64,000 nt of DNA. It comes from an uncultured Chloroflexia bacterium. GTDB lineage: Bacteria; Chloroflexota; Limnocylindria; Limnocylindrales; CSP1-4. A program made the translations under genes and the position numbers. Numbering within the stretch: the first letter of the stretch is position 1; every line of letters begins with the position of its first letter. Where the stretch lies: contig OY970218.1 of the NCBI GenBank assembly GCA_963713975.1, positions 2,400,001 to 2,464,000 on the forward strand, in the 5' to 3' direction. The notes below the pieces were generated by a model that made no database searches, was not told where the DNA came from, and saw nothing but the letters and a program-made list of their open reading frames with translations. Shown here one piece after another: positions 51,636 to 60,230 of this stretch.

Positions 51636-52574
51636 TCAGACCCGGACGGCCGCCAGCACCTCTGCCGCGAGGCGGACCCGGGATTCATCGTCACGCATGA
51701 TCGTGTCCGTGACGACCGGGCGCAGGCCCAGTGCCTGGATGGCCGGCGCCAGCCCCGCATCCACCGCGTCGAGCACGAACACGTCCACGAGGTCCGCGTA
51801 CAGCCCAGCCACGCCAGTGGCAGAGGACTCGAGTCCGAGCGAAGAAAGCATCCGGTCCGCGGGCCCCTTGAGCGCCCTGCCGCCGATGATCGGGCTCACG
51901 GCCACCACCGCGACGCCCCGTGCACGCGTCGCGGCGATGGCCTCCCGCATCCCCGGCACCCCGAGGATCGGACTGACGGACACGAGCGGGTTGGACGGGG
52001 CGATGACGATGACCTGCGCGGCTTCGAAGGCTCCGAGCACCTCGGGCGTCGCTGCCGCGCTCTCGAGACCCGCGAACCGGAGCTCCAGCACGTCTGGCGC
52101 CTGGCGCTGGTGGACGAAGTACTCCTGGAACTCCAGCCATCTCTCGGCCGTGCGGACCTCGGTCGCCACGGGCGCGTCGGTCATCGGCAGGATGCGCGCC
52201 GCGATGCCCAGCGACCGCTGGAGCGCGAGACAGACCTCGGTCAGGCGGCCGCCGGCCCGCACCCGCGCCGTCCGGGCCACGTGCAGGGCCATGTCCCGGT
52301 CGCCGAGGGCGAACCAGGTCTCCTCGCCATAGGCGCCCAGCTGGTCCATGACCACGTGGGTGTCGCCCTCGATGCCCCAGCCCCACTCCGCCTGCTCGAT
52401 CCCGGCGAGGTTGTACAGGACGGTGTCGTGGTCCGGCATCACGAGCAGGCCGTGACGCCGGCAGTCGTCGCCCGTGTTGACGACCACCGTGAGGCCGCCG
52501 CCGACCGCCGCCTGCAGCCCGTCCGCGAGCTTGGCGCCGCCCACCCCGCCCGCGAGCGCGACGACCTCGGTCAC
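51636..52574 (-). CDS. cofD: 2-phospho-L-lactate transferase (CofD/FbiA)
   Basis: LAGGVGGAK, VNTGDD, WFALGDRD, FQEYFV, PSNP..S and KGPAD motifs. Confidence 0.95.
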   Translation of the reverse strand: MTEVVALAGGVGGAKLADGLQAAVGGGLTVVVNTGDDCRRHGLLVMPDHDTVLYNLAGIEQAEWGWGIEGDTHVVMDQLGAYGEETWFALGDRDMALHVARTARVRAGGRLTEVCLALQRSLGIAARILPMTDAPVATEVRTAERWLEFQEYFVHQRQAPDVLELRFAGLESAAATPEVLGAFEAAQVIVIAPSNPLVSVSPILGVPGMREAIAATRARGVAVVAVSPIIGGRALKGPADRMLSSLGLESSATGVAGLYADLVDVFVLDAVDAGLAPAIQALGLRPVVTDTIMRDDESRVRLAAEVLAAVRV

Positions 52575-52581
52575 TGGGCCA

Positions 52582-53514
52582 TCACCCGTTCAGCTGTTCC
52601 AGGACCTCGCCGATCCGGTCGATCGTCTCGAGGTCGTAGGGCGCCGGGGTGTCGATGAAGACGTGCCGGAACCCGAGCTCGATGATCGGCTGCAGCCCGT
52701 CCGCGATCTCGGCAGGCGTGCCGCAGAAGTAGTTCCAGGTCTCGTCGAACTCGTCGCCGTAGGCGGCGAGGCGGCCCTTGTAGACCCCGAGCGCGGCCTC
52801 GCGGCTGTTGCGGATGACGATGTCCACGGTCGTGGTGCGCTCGATCTCGGCCTCGTCGCGGCCGATGGCGGCGCAGTGCTCGCGCAGGATGGCGTCGTTC
52901 GCGGCCAGCTTCTCCGGGCGACCCATCGAGTTCCACTGGTCGCCGTACCGGGCCAGCGTCCGCAGCGTCTTCTTGGGCCCGGAGCCGCCGATCATGATCG
53001 GCAGGCGGGCCTGGATGGGCAGCGGGGCTACCAGGGCATCCCGCATCGGGTAGACCGGGCCGTCGTGGGTCACGCGCTCGCCGTCGAGGAGCCGGCGGAG
53101 CAGCATCACCGACTCGTCCAGGCGGTCCAGCCGCTCGCCGAAGCCAGACCCGAAGTCGAACCCGAAGGCCTCGTGCTCGCGCTCGAACCAGGCACCGCCG
53201 ATGCCCAGGACCGCGCGGCCGCCGGACAGGTGGTCGAGCGTCGTCGCGAGCTTGGCCGTGAGGCCCGGGTTGCGGAACGTGTTGGCCGCGACCATCAGGC
53301 CCAGGGTGGCCTTCTCCGTGACCTGCGCCCAGCCCGACAGGATCGACCAGCCCTCGAGGATCGGGCCCTCCCACGGGCCGGCGATGGCGTTGAGGTGGTC
53401 CCAGGTCCACAGGCTGGACGCACCCGCCTGCTCCGCGCGGACGGCCGCGTCGCGGAGGGCCGGCCAGGAGTCGGTCTGGGGCCAGAGCAGGAACCCGATC
53501 TTGACGTCGGTCAT
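52582..53514 (-). CDS. LLM-class F420-dependent oxidoreductase
   Basis: WTWDH, NTFRNP, TLDHLSGGR and IMIGGSGPKKTL motifs. Confidence 0.88.
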   Translation of the reverse strand: MTDVKIGFLLWPQTDSWPALRDAAVRAEQAGASSLWTWDHLNAIAGPWEGPILEGWSILSGWAQVTEKATLGLMVAANTFRNPGLTAKLATTLDHLSGGRAVLGIGGAWFEREHEAFGFDFGSGFGERLDRLDESVMLLRRLLDGERVTHDGPVYPMRDALVAPLPIQARLPIMIGGSGPKKTLRTLARYGDQWNSMGRPEKLAANDAILREHCAAIGRDEAEIERTTTVDIVIRNSREAALGVYKGRLAAYGDEFDETWNYFCGTPAEIADGLQPIIELGFRHVFIDTPAPYDLETIDRIGEVLEQLNG

Positions 53515-53517
53515 GGG

Positions 53518-53949
53518 TCAGTCCTCCAGGTGGTCGTGGACGCCCGTGATCCTGACGAGGAACGAGACGCGGGGCTGGCGGCGGAAGGTGGCGATCAGGG
53601 ACTCGCTGGGGCCTTCGGGGTGGTAGCGGTGGGCGAGCGCGACGATGTCCTCGCGGGCGCGCTCGACGTCCTCGATGACCTCGTCCACGGTCCCGGTCAG
53701 CCCGATCCAGCGATAGCCGTCCCCGCCGTCAATGATGGACAGCGCGACGCGCGGGCGCTCCATGAGATTGAGGCACCAGCGGCGCGGGGTCCGGCTGTTG
53801 ACCAGGATTCGCCCATCGGGCTCCAGTCGGTACCAGGCGACGGCCTGCCGGGGCGTGCCGTCGGGGTCGAGGGAGGCGACCGACGCGAACAGGGGGCGTT
53901 CCAGGAACGCGCGGACGGCAGGGGAAAGCGTGACGCTGTTGGGGTGCAT
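53518..53949 (-). CDS. PPOX-class (split barrel) F420-dependent enzyme
   Basis: VASLDPDGTP...WY, NL..PRVALSI and RV.F.VRI motifs; sits in the F420 cluster. Confidence 0.82.
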   Translation of the reverse strand: MHPNSVTLSPAVRAFLERPLFASVASLDPDGTPRQAVAWYRLEPDGRILVNSRTPRRWCLNLMERPRVALSIIDGGDGYRWIGLTGTVDEVIEDVERAREDIVALAHRYHPEGPSESLIATFRRQPRVSFLVRITGVHDHLED

Positions 53950-54031
53950 CTGCCCATGGTACCGATGAGGAGGGGGCGCTCAGGGGTCTGCTTCGCGCCC
54001 GGCCCCGCTCTCGCAGCCGGCCCCGGCGTGG

Positions 54032-54406
54032 CTACGGGTTGGGCGTCGCCTGCGGGCAGCCTTCCCACGAGCGGGCGCAGTCGTCGGGTGTCCCGCCGGG
54101 GCCGCCGGCCGCGGAGTCACCGGTACCCCAGGAGCCCACGGCGGCGACGGTGCCCAGCGCGAGGCCGGCGATCAGCAGCGTGGCACCCAGGGCGCCGAGG
54201 GTGCGTGACCGGCCCGCAGCCCTCGTGGCACCGGCGGGCTTGGCGGCCGGCTGCGGTTCCGGGTCGCCAGCCGGCTCGATCCCCTCGAGCTCGCGGTGCA
54301 CCAGCCCCCGCTGGACGGCATACACGACCAGCAGGACGATGCCGGCCACGATGGCGATGAGCGCGGCGACGCCGGCAGGGCTCCAGCCGGCGAAGAGGTC
54401 GGACAT
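54032..54406 (-). CDS. Hypothetical two-TM membrane protein
   Basis: Two hydrophobic helices and a C-terminal CARSWEGC. Confidence 0.6.
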   Translation of the reverse strand: MSDLFAGWSPAGVAALIAIVAGIVLLVVYAVQRGLVHRELEGIEPAGDPEPQPAAKPAGATRAAGRSRTLGALGATLLIAGLALGTVAAVGSWGTGDSAAGGPGGTPDDCARSWEGCPQATPNP

Positions 54407-54505
54407 CAGACGGGGCTCCCGAGGCATGACGACGTGGGACGGATCCAGCGCGGAGCCTACTCCCGCAGCTCCGCAGCCGCCATGAAATCGTTGGTGCCAC
54501 GCGGC

Positions 54506-54687
54506 GGAGCCTCTGAATGGTCCGCTGCAACTCCGCCGCGTCCGCCGGGTGGGTGAACCGTGCGGCGTCGACTAGGCCTGCCCCCGATTCCGCGGACACC
54601 GGGTGATGTCACACGGCCCCTCGGCGCCCGGGATGAGACGCGACTGCGCGGTTCGACCGTCGGGTGCGCGCCGGCGACCAGGGCCCC
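54506..54687. ncRNA. Candidate structured RNA (6S-like rod, or a degenerate T-box leader)
   Basis: ~180 nt intergenic segment. GAACCGTGC (54555-54563) pairs with GCGCGGTTC (54646-54654), and terminal GGAGCC/GGGCCCC is partly complementary. Strand unresolved. Confidence 0.3.
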
Positions 54688-54788
54688 ACCCTGCAGGCAG
54701 TCGACCAGGGCCGGCGACCGACCACGCCCCGAGGTCTCGAGCGACCCGTGCGAGAATGCCCGCGGCAACTTCGATGAAGGAGGAACGC

Positions 54789-55637
54789 GTGGCGGACCAG
54801 GCGGAGATCGGCGTCTTCGGGGGATCGGGGTTCTACTCCCTGCTGGAGAACGTCCAGGAGGCGAAGATCGACACCCCGTATGGGCCGCCGTCGGACAGCT
54901 TCTTCCTGGCCACGGTCGCCGGGCGCAAGGTCGCCTTCCTGCCGCGTCACGGCCGCAGCCACTCGATCCCGCCGCATCGCGTCAACTACCGTGCGAACGT
55001 GTGGGCGATGCGCTCGCTGGGTGTCAAGGCCGTGATCAGCCCCTGCGCCGCCGGTTCCCTGCAGCTCAACGTCGAGCCCGGGCACTTCGTGGTCAGCGAC
55101 CAGTTCGTGGACCGCACGAACGGCCGGGCGGACACCTTCTTCGACGGCCCCGTGGTCTCCCACGTGTCCTCGGCCGAGATCTACGACCCGGTCCTGCGGG
55201 GGATCGCCCTGGACGTGATCCGCGACCATGGCATCACCGTCCACGATGGCGGGACGGTGGTCGTGATCCAGGGCCCGCGGTTCTCGACGAAGGCCGAGTC
55301 GAAGTGGTTCAGCGATGCCGGCTGGGAGGTCATCAACATGACCCAGTACCCGGAGGCGTACCTGTGCCGCGAGCTGGGCATGGCCGTCGTCAACATCGCC
55401 CTGATCACCGACTACGACGCGGGCGTCCTCGAGGGCACCCATGCCGTCACGGCCCATGACGTCCTGGCGGTGTTCGAACAGAACGCCGAGCGGATCCGCA
55501 AGGTGGTCCTGGACATGGTCGCCCGGTTCCCGGCGGACCTCGATGCGCTCGGCGCGAAGGCGGCCCTGGGGCCCACTCGCGGTGACGGCCACGTGGCCGG
55601 TCCCGCCGACATCCGCATCTTCGAGACGGGCCTCTAG
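54789..55637 (+). CDS. mtnP: S-methyl-5'-thioadenosine phosphorylase
   Basis: IGVFGGSG, TPYG.PS, PRHG, NYRAN, QGPRFSTKAES, NMT..PE and TDYDAG motifs; RBS AGGAGG. Confidence 0.92.
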   Translation: MADQAEIGVFGGSGFYSLLENVQEAKIDTPYGPPSDSFFLATVAGRKVAFLPRHGRSHSIPPHRVNYRANVWAMRSLGVKAVISPCAAGSLQLNVEPGHFVVSDQFVDRTNGRADTFFDGPVVSHVSSAEIYDPVLRGIALDVIRDHGITVHDGGTVVVIQGPRFSTKAESKWFSDAGWEVINMTQYPEAYLCRELGMAVVNIALITDYDAGVLEGTHAVTAHDVLAVFEQNAERIRKVVLDMVARFPADLDALGAKAALGPTRGDGHVAGPADIRIFETGL

Positions 55638-55646
55638 GCCTTCTCG

Positions 55647-56123
55647 ATGACGATGCCGGTTGCCGAACCCGCCGCCACGGGACCGATGCACGGCTGCGTG
55701 CGCTGCGGTGCCCGCATCCCGATCGCCGAGTCGATGTGCGAGCGGTGCAACCCATTGGGCCTCAAGGCACCCGCCGCGTCGCAGGCCCACGCGACGGTGT
55801 TCCTGGGGATCGGGGTGGGCGTGGTGATCATGGCCGTCGTCGCCCGGATGCTGATCGCGGACGTGGGCCCGTTCTCGTCGTCGGTGGCGAGCGTGACCGC
55901 CGATCCGGTCGGCCTGCGCGTGTCGGTCACGCTCGAGAACAAGGGGTCGAGTGCCGGGACCACGACGTGCCGCATCGACGACCCGGCGCTGGGCGGGATC
56001 GGCCCCGAGGCGACCTTCATCGAGAGCCCGGAGGTCCCCGGCGGCGGGACGGTCACGTTCGACGTGGTGGTGGCGGCCTTCGGGACGACGCCCAAGACGC
56101 TGATCGCGGACTGCGGCCCGTGA
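55647..56123 (+). CDS. Membrane protein with an N-terminal CxxC-x10-CxxC zinc ribbon
   Basis: CVRC...CERC, one TM helix, and a beta-rich C-terminal domain with two Cys. Confidence 0.7.
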   Translation: MTMPVAEPAATGPMHGCVRCGARIPIAESMCERCNPLGLKAPAASQAHATVFLGIGVGVVIMAVVARMLIADVGPFSSSVASVTADPVGLRVSVTLENKGSSAGTTTCRIDDPALGGIGPEATFIESPEVPGGGTVTFDVVVAAFGTTPKTLIADCGP

Positions 56124-57040
56124 CGGGCGACGTGACGCAGTCCGGCGTGGAGCCCGCGATCCCCGCGGCGGAGTCCCGGTTCGCGGCCGATGCGATCTTC
56201 GCGCGCGATCTCGCGGAGCGCGCCGGCCTGATCCTCCTCGAGCGGTACGAGCGGGTCGAGGAGATCGACTACAAGTCCGCCCGCGACGTGGTGACCGAGG
56301 TCGACCACCTGTCCGAGGCGCTGATCCTCGCGGCGATCCGTGATCGATTCCCGCGCGACGGGATCCTGGCCGAGGAGTCCGGGGCCCATCACGGCCGTGC
56401 GGGAGCCGGCACGAAGCCGGGCGACACGAAGCCGATCGCCGCCGCGTCCGCCGATGCTGCCGCCCGGGCGCTCGCGCATGGGCGCACCTGGATCGTGGAC
56501 CCCCTCGACGGCACCGTGAACTACGCGAACGGCATCCCGTACTTCTGCGTGTCCGTGGGCCTCGTGGTGGACGGTCGGCCCGCTGCCGGCGCGGTCCACG
56601 ACCCGATGCGCATGGAGACCTTCTGGGCCGCGGCGGATGGACCCGCGATGCTGGGCAACGCCGTCGTGCACGCCTCGCGCAAGGAGCGGCTGAGCGACGG
56701 GGTGGTCTCGATGGCGCTTGGCGGTCGGGCGGTGTCGACGCGCGCGCGAGCGGTCCGGAGAGCCGTGCGGGCGTCGCGGAACACTGGTTCGGCGGCGCTG
56801 GCCCTGTCCTACGTCGCGAACGGCCGGTTCGACGCGTTCCTCCAGACCGGTGGGATGTCCGCATGGGACGTGGCCGCGGCAGGGTTGATCGCGGAGCGTG
56901 GCGGCGCGCTGGTCACAGACGCTGACGGTGGTCCGTGGTTCGACGTGGACAGGGCCACCCAGATGTTCGGGATCGTTGCCTCGCCGCCGGCACACCACGC
57001 GGAGCTGTTGCGGCTGTCGCGCGTGGGGTCGCCGGGATAG
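56120..57040 (+). CDS. Inositol monophosphatase family protein (SuhB-like)
   Basis: VVTEVD, AEES, WIVDPLDGTVNY, GSAAL and WDVAAA motifs. Confidence 0.92.
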   Translation: MTGDVTQSGVEPAIPAAESRFAADAIFARDLAERAGLILLERYERVEEIDYKSARDVVTEVDHLSEALILAAIRDRFPRDGILAEESGAHHGRAGAGTKPGDTKPIAAASADAAARALAHGRTWIVDPLDGTVNYANGIPYFCVSVGLVVDGRPAAGAVHDPMRMETFWAAADGPAMLGNAVVHASRKERLSDGVVSMALGGRAVSTRARAVRRAVRASRNTGSAALALSYVANGRFDAFLQTGGMSAWDVAAAGLIAERGGALVTDADGGPWFDVDRATQMFGIVASPPAHHAELLRLSRVGSPG

Positions 57041-57306
57041 CCGGACCCGGTCCCGCTCGGCGCCCTTGCGACGGCAGGTCGCCCATCGGCTCAACCGTGG
57101 GGTGGGACCTCGCCTCAGCCGCCCAGCGGCACACTTGTTGGTTCCAGAGCCCCTGCCACTCGACGGATGTGGCGCCCAGCGGCGCAAACCTGGCCACACC
57201 CGATGGTAGAACCGCTGGGCGGCACACAGGGCCAGGGACGGGCGGCACACAGGGCCCAGGCTGAGGGTGCACTGGGCCAGCCGGACGGCGATTAGTTCAC
57301 GGCCGC

Positions 57307-58206
57307 TCAGCCCTCGCCCAGCCAGCGGTGCGGCCGGCCGGTGAGCCTTGTCAGGCCCCACTCGTCGCAGAAGGAGGTCCAGCGCGCCCGGTCCGCGCCT
57401 TCCCAGCGGAGCTCCTCCACGTCCACCTGGGGGATCGGCACGCCATCGGACGTCGTGCGCAGCCGGGCCAGGTCGCGAAACAGCAGCGCATCCGCCATCT
57501 GCTCGCGCAGGGTGGCAGCAAGCGCCGGGGCCCCACGAACACCCGGCACGTCCCAGTCGGCGACGCTGGGCGGGATCAATTCGAGGGTGCCGTACCTGGC
57601 GAGGACCGCGGACGCGGACTTGTCGCCCCAGCCGGGCAGGCCCGGGAACCCGTCCGCCGCGTCGCCCACGAGCGCCAGACGGTCCGCCACGCTCGACGGC
57701 GGGACACCCCACTTCGCCCTGACGCCCGCATCGTCATAAACCACGTCCCGGCGGCGGTCCCAGAGCACGACGCGCTCACCGCGCACGCACTGGGCCATGT
57801 CCTTGTCCGGGGTGCAGACGAGAATGCGGTCCACGCGTGGGTCGTCGGCGAAGCGGTCGGCGGCGGCGGCGATCGCGTCGTCGGCCTCGAACTCCACCAT
57901 GGGCCACAGGACCAGCCCCAACGCCTCGATCGCGGCTTCGGCGACCGGGAACTGGGCGAGCAGCTCGGGGGCCATGCCCTCATCGGTCTTGTAGCCCGGG
58001 TACAGGTCGTTGCGGAACGAGCGGACCACGCGGTCCGTGGCACAGCCCACGTGCGTGGCGCCCTGCTCGCGCAGCAGGAAGCACAGTTGTTCGACGAGGC
58101 CGCTGACGCCGCTCATCACGACGCCGTCGCGACCCAGCACCGGCGGGCGAGGGGAGAAGTGGGCCCGGAACAGCTCGTAGGTGGCGTCGACGAGATGGAG
58201 GCGCAT
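57307..58206 (-). CDS. Stand-alone 5'-3' exonuclease / flap endonuclease
   Basis: HLVDATYELFR, FRNDLYPGYK, EFEADDAI, TPDKD and LVGD.ADG.PG.PG.G.K (H3TH) motifs. Confidence 0.92.
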   Translation of the reverse strand: MRLHLVDATYELFRAHFSPRPPVLGRDGVVMSGVSGLVEQLCFLLREQGATHVGCATDRVVRSFRNDLYPGYKTDEGMAPELLAQFPVAEAAIEALGLVLWPMVEFEADDAIAAAADRFADDPRVDRILVCTPDKDMAQCVRGERVVLWDRRRDVVYDDAGVRAKWGVPPSSVADRLALVGDAADGFPGLPGWGDKSASAVLARYGTLELIPPSVADWDVPGVRGAPALAATLREQMADALLFRDLARLRTTSDGVPIPQVDVEELRWEGADRARWTSFCDEWGLTRLTGRPHRWLGEG

Positions 58207-58213
58207 CGGCCTC

Positions 58214-58762
58214 CTAGTCGGCGGAGCCGGTCTCGACCAGGCGCCGGAACCGGTGGAGGTCGGCCTGGAAGATCTCGCGCAGCACGGGGGCCTGGAGGAG
58301 CGACGCGAGGTCGGGGAGGATCGGCGGTACCAGCGTCTCATCCCAGCTCACGATCGTCGTCGTGCCGTCGGCGCCCCGCTCGAGCGTGATGACCCCACCA
58401 CCCGTGAACAGGCCCTCGTGGCGGATCGCGAAGCGCGTCGGTGGCTCGAACTCCACCACCTCCACCGGATCAGTGACCCTGATCCCGAAGATGCGCACGG
58501 TGGCCTCGCCGCGAGTGCCGACGCGCGTGGGGCCCGGCGTGGTCAGCCGGACCTCCTTCATCTCGTGCATCCACTCGGGCTGGAGCGGGATGTCCGCAAG
58601 GACGGCCCACGCCCGCTCGATGGGCGCGTCGATCACCACCATCATCCGCAGTGGCTGGGGCGGGGCGCCCCTTCGGCGGGCGGCCAGGATGCGGTCGATG
58701 ACGATGGCCTTGACGACGACGATGGCTCCGAGGGCCAGTAGGCGACGCAACACCGATCTCAC
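58214..58762 (-). CDS. SRPBCC/START family protein
   Basis: IDAPIERAWAVLAD...PEW and VVEFEPP motifs. Confidence 0.82.
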   Translation of the reverse strand: MRSVLRRLLALGAIVVVKAIVIDRILAARRRGAPPQPLRMMVVIDAPIERAWAVLADIPLQPEWMHEMKEVRLTTPGPTRVGTRGEATVRIFGIRVTDPVEVVEFEPPTRFAIRHEGLFTGGGVITLERGADGTTTIVSWDETLVPPILPDLASLLQAPVLREIFQADLHRFRRLVETGSAD

Positions 58763-59367
58763 GAACCGGCGTCGCTGGATTCGACGAGCGCGCCCGCGCT
58801 CCGCAGCTCGTCCAGCGCGCGATCCCCGTCGCCCTCGCTCACGTTCACGGCGGCGACGGCGTCAGCCAGCACGGTAACCGTGAAGCCGAGGCGGATCGCG
58901 TCCAGCGCAGTCGCCTTCACGCAGTAGTCCGTGGCCAGACCGGTGACGACGATCTCGTCCACGCCCGCGACCTGGAGCAGCGGCTGGAGCATCGTGGGGA
59001 CGTCGTGGCCCGACGCCGGATCACGCATCGTGAAGGCCGAGTAGCCGTCCTCGCCGTTGCTGCCCTTGCGGACGATGGGAGTGCCCTCGGGGACATCGAG
59101 CACCGGATGCAGCTCCGCGCCCCACGTCTCGGCCACGCAATGGACCGGCCACGGGCCACCGTCCCGCTCGAAGTGCGGGGTTCGGCTGGGGTGCCAGTCC
59201 TGGCTGAGGACGAGGAGGGCGCCACTGGTCCGGGCCAGCGCGGCCTCGCTGTTCACGACCGGGATGATGTCCAGCGCGCCACGCACGCTCAGGCTGCCCT
59301 TGGGATCGGCGAAGTCGTTCTGCACGTCGACGATGATGAGCGCGACACCCGGACGGTAGCGGAGCAT
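58759..59367 (-). CDS. pncA: Nicotinamidase/pyrazinamidase
   Basis: VDVQNDF, QDWHP, WPVHC, RKG...YSAF and GLATDYCV motifs. Confidence 0.93.
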   Translation of the reverse strand: MLRYRPGVALIIVDVQNDFADPKGSLSVRGALDIIPVVNSEAALARTSGALLVLSQDWHPSRTPHFERDGGPWPVHCVAETWGAELHPVLDVPEGTPIVRKGSNGEDGYSAFTMRDPASGHDVPTMLQPLLQVAGVDEIVVTGLATDYCVKATALDAIRLGFTVTVLADAVAAVNVSEGDGDRALDELRSAGALVESSDAGS

Positions 59368-59576
59368 GGCCCTACGCTATCGCGCCCGGGGCGGGTTCGT
59401 CGCGGTCCAAGTTCGCGCATCGCCGGGGGCATTCGGCCCGTTCGGGGCTCGAGGGCGCAGCGGCGCGCCGGGCGGCGGAGGCGCGGGCGGCGCGGCGGCG
59501 CACCCGTGACGTTCGCCGCGGCCCCGCTTTCCGGTGGCATACGTGCCAGATGAGTGCGCCTTGGCATGCTTCGGCC

Positions 59577-60230
59577 ATGGCGAGGCGACGGGTCGCGGAC
59601 GAGCGGGGCCGACGGGCGGCCGCCGCGATCCGTGCCCGGATCGGGGTCGAGGCGCGTCAGGCTCGGGAAGGCTCCGGCGCATCGCAGGCGGCGGCGGCCC
59701 GAGAGGCGGGCATGTCCCGCTCGCAGTATGGGCGCATCGAACGCGGTGAGATCGCCAGCCTGACCGTGGAGCAGGCATGCAGGGCTGCCGCGGCGGTGGG
59801 GCTCGGCATCTCGACCTCCGTGTGGCCCGATGGCGACCCGGTGCGGGACGCCGGTCAGCAGCGACTTCGGGGTCGCCTCCGCGACGTGATGCCAGCCGCT
59901 GCCACGTGGCAGACTGAGGTCCCGATGCCCATCCCCGGCGACAAGCGGGCCTGGGACGCGGTGGCGACGCTCGGCGGGCGGCGCGCCGGCTGCGAGTGCG
60001 AGATGCGACTCACTGACATGCAGGCGGTCGAACGCCGGCTGCGGCTGAAGCTTCGCGACGGCAATGTCGACGTCCTGCTCCTGGTCGTTGCCGACACGGT
60101 CGCCAACCGCCGGGTCCTGAGGCTTCACCGCGAGGCGCTGCGGTCCTTGCTGCCGCTCGATTCGCGCGAGGTGCTCGCCGCGCTGCGCGCCGGCCGGCTC
60201 CCGGGCGCGAACGGGATCGTGATCCTCTAA
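59577..60230 (+). CDS. XRE-family HTH fused to a PD-(D/E)XK/DUF559-like domain
   Basis: SQAAAAREAGMSRSQYGRIERG HTH; C-terminal W.TEVP...RAWD...ECE.RL.D.QA..R pattern. Confidence 0.75.
   Translation: MARRRVADERGRRAAAAIRARIGVEARQAREGSGASQAAAAREAGMSRSQYGRIERGEIASLTVEQACRAAAAVGLGISTSVWPDGDPVRDAGQQRLRGRLRDVMPAAATWQTEVPMPIPGDKRAWDAVATLGGRRAGCECEMRLTDMQAVERRLRLKLRDGNVDVLLLVVADTVANRRVLRLHREALRSLLPLDSREVLAALRAGRLPGANGIVIL

Noticed and set aside
54625-54670. Functional T-box riboswitch
   Set aside because: The tRNA-pairing UGGN bulge reads UCGA, no stem I motifs are visible, and the downstream gene is not amino-acid related. Kept only as one option in the ncRNA finding.
54430-54788. SAM riboswitch upstream of mtnP, or tmRNA/tRNA
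   Set aside because: The SAM-I core (AUC.AGAG...GAGGGA...GCAACC) and tRNA-like T-arm/acceptor ends are not present in the right order.
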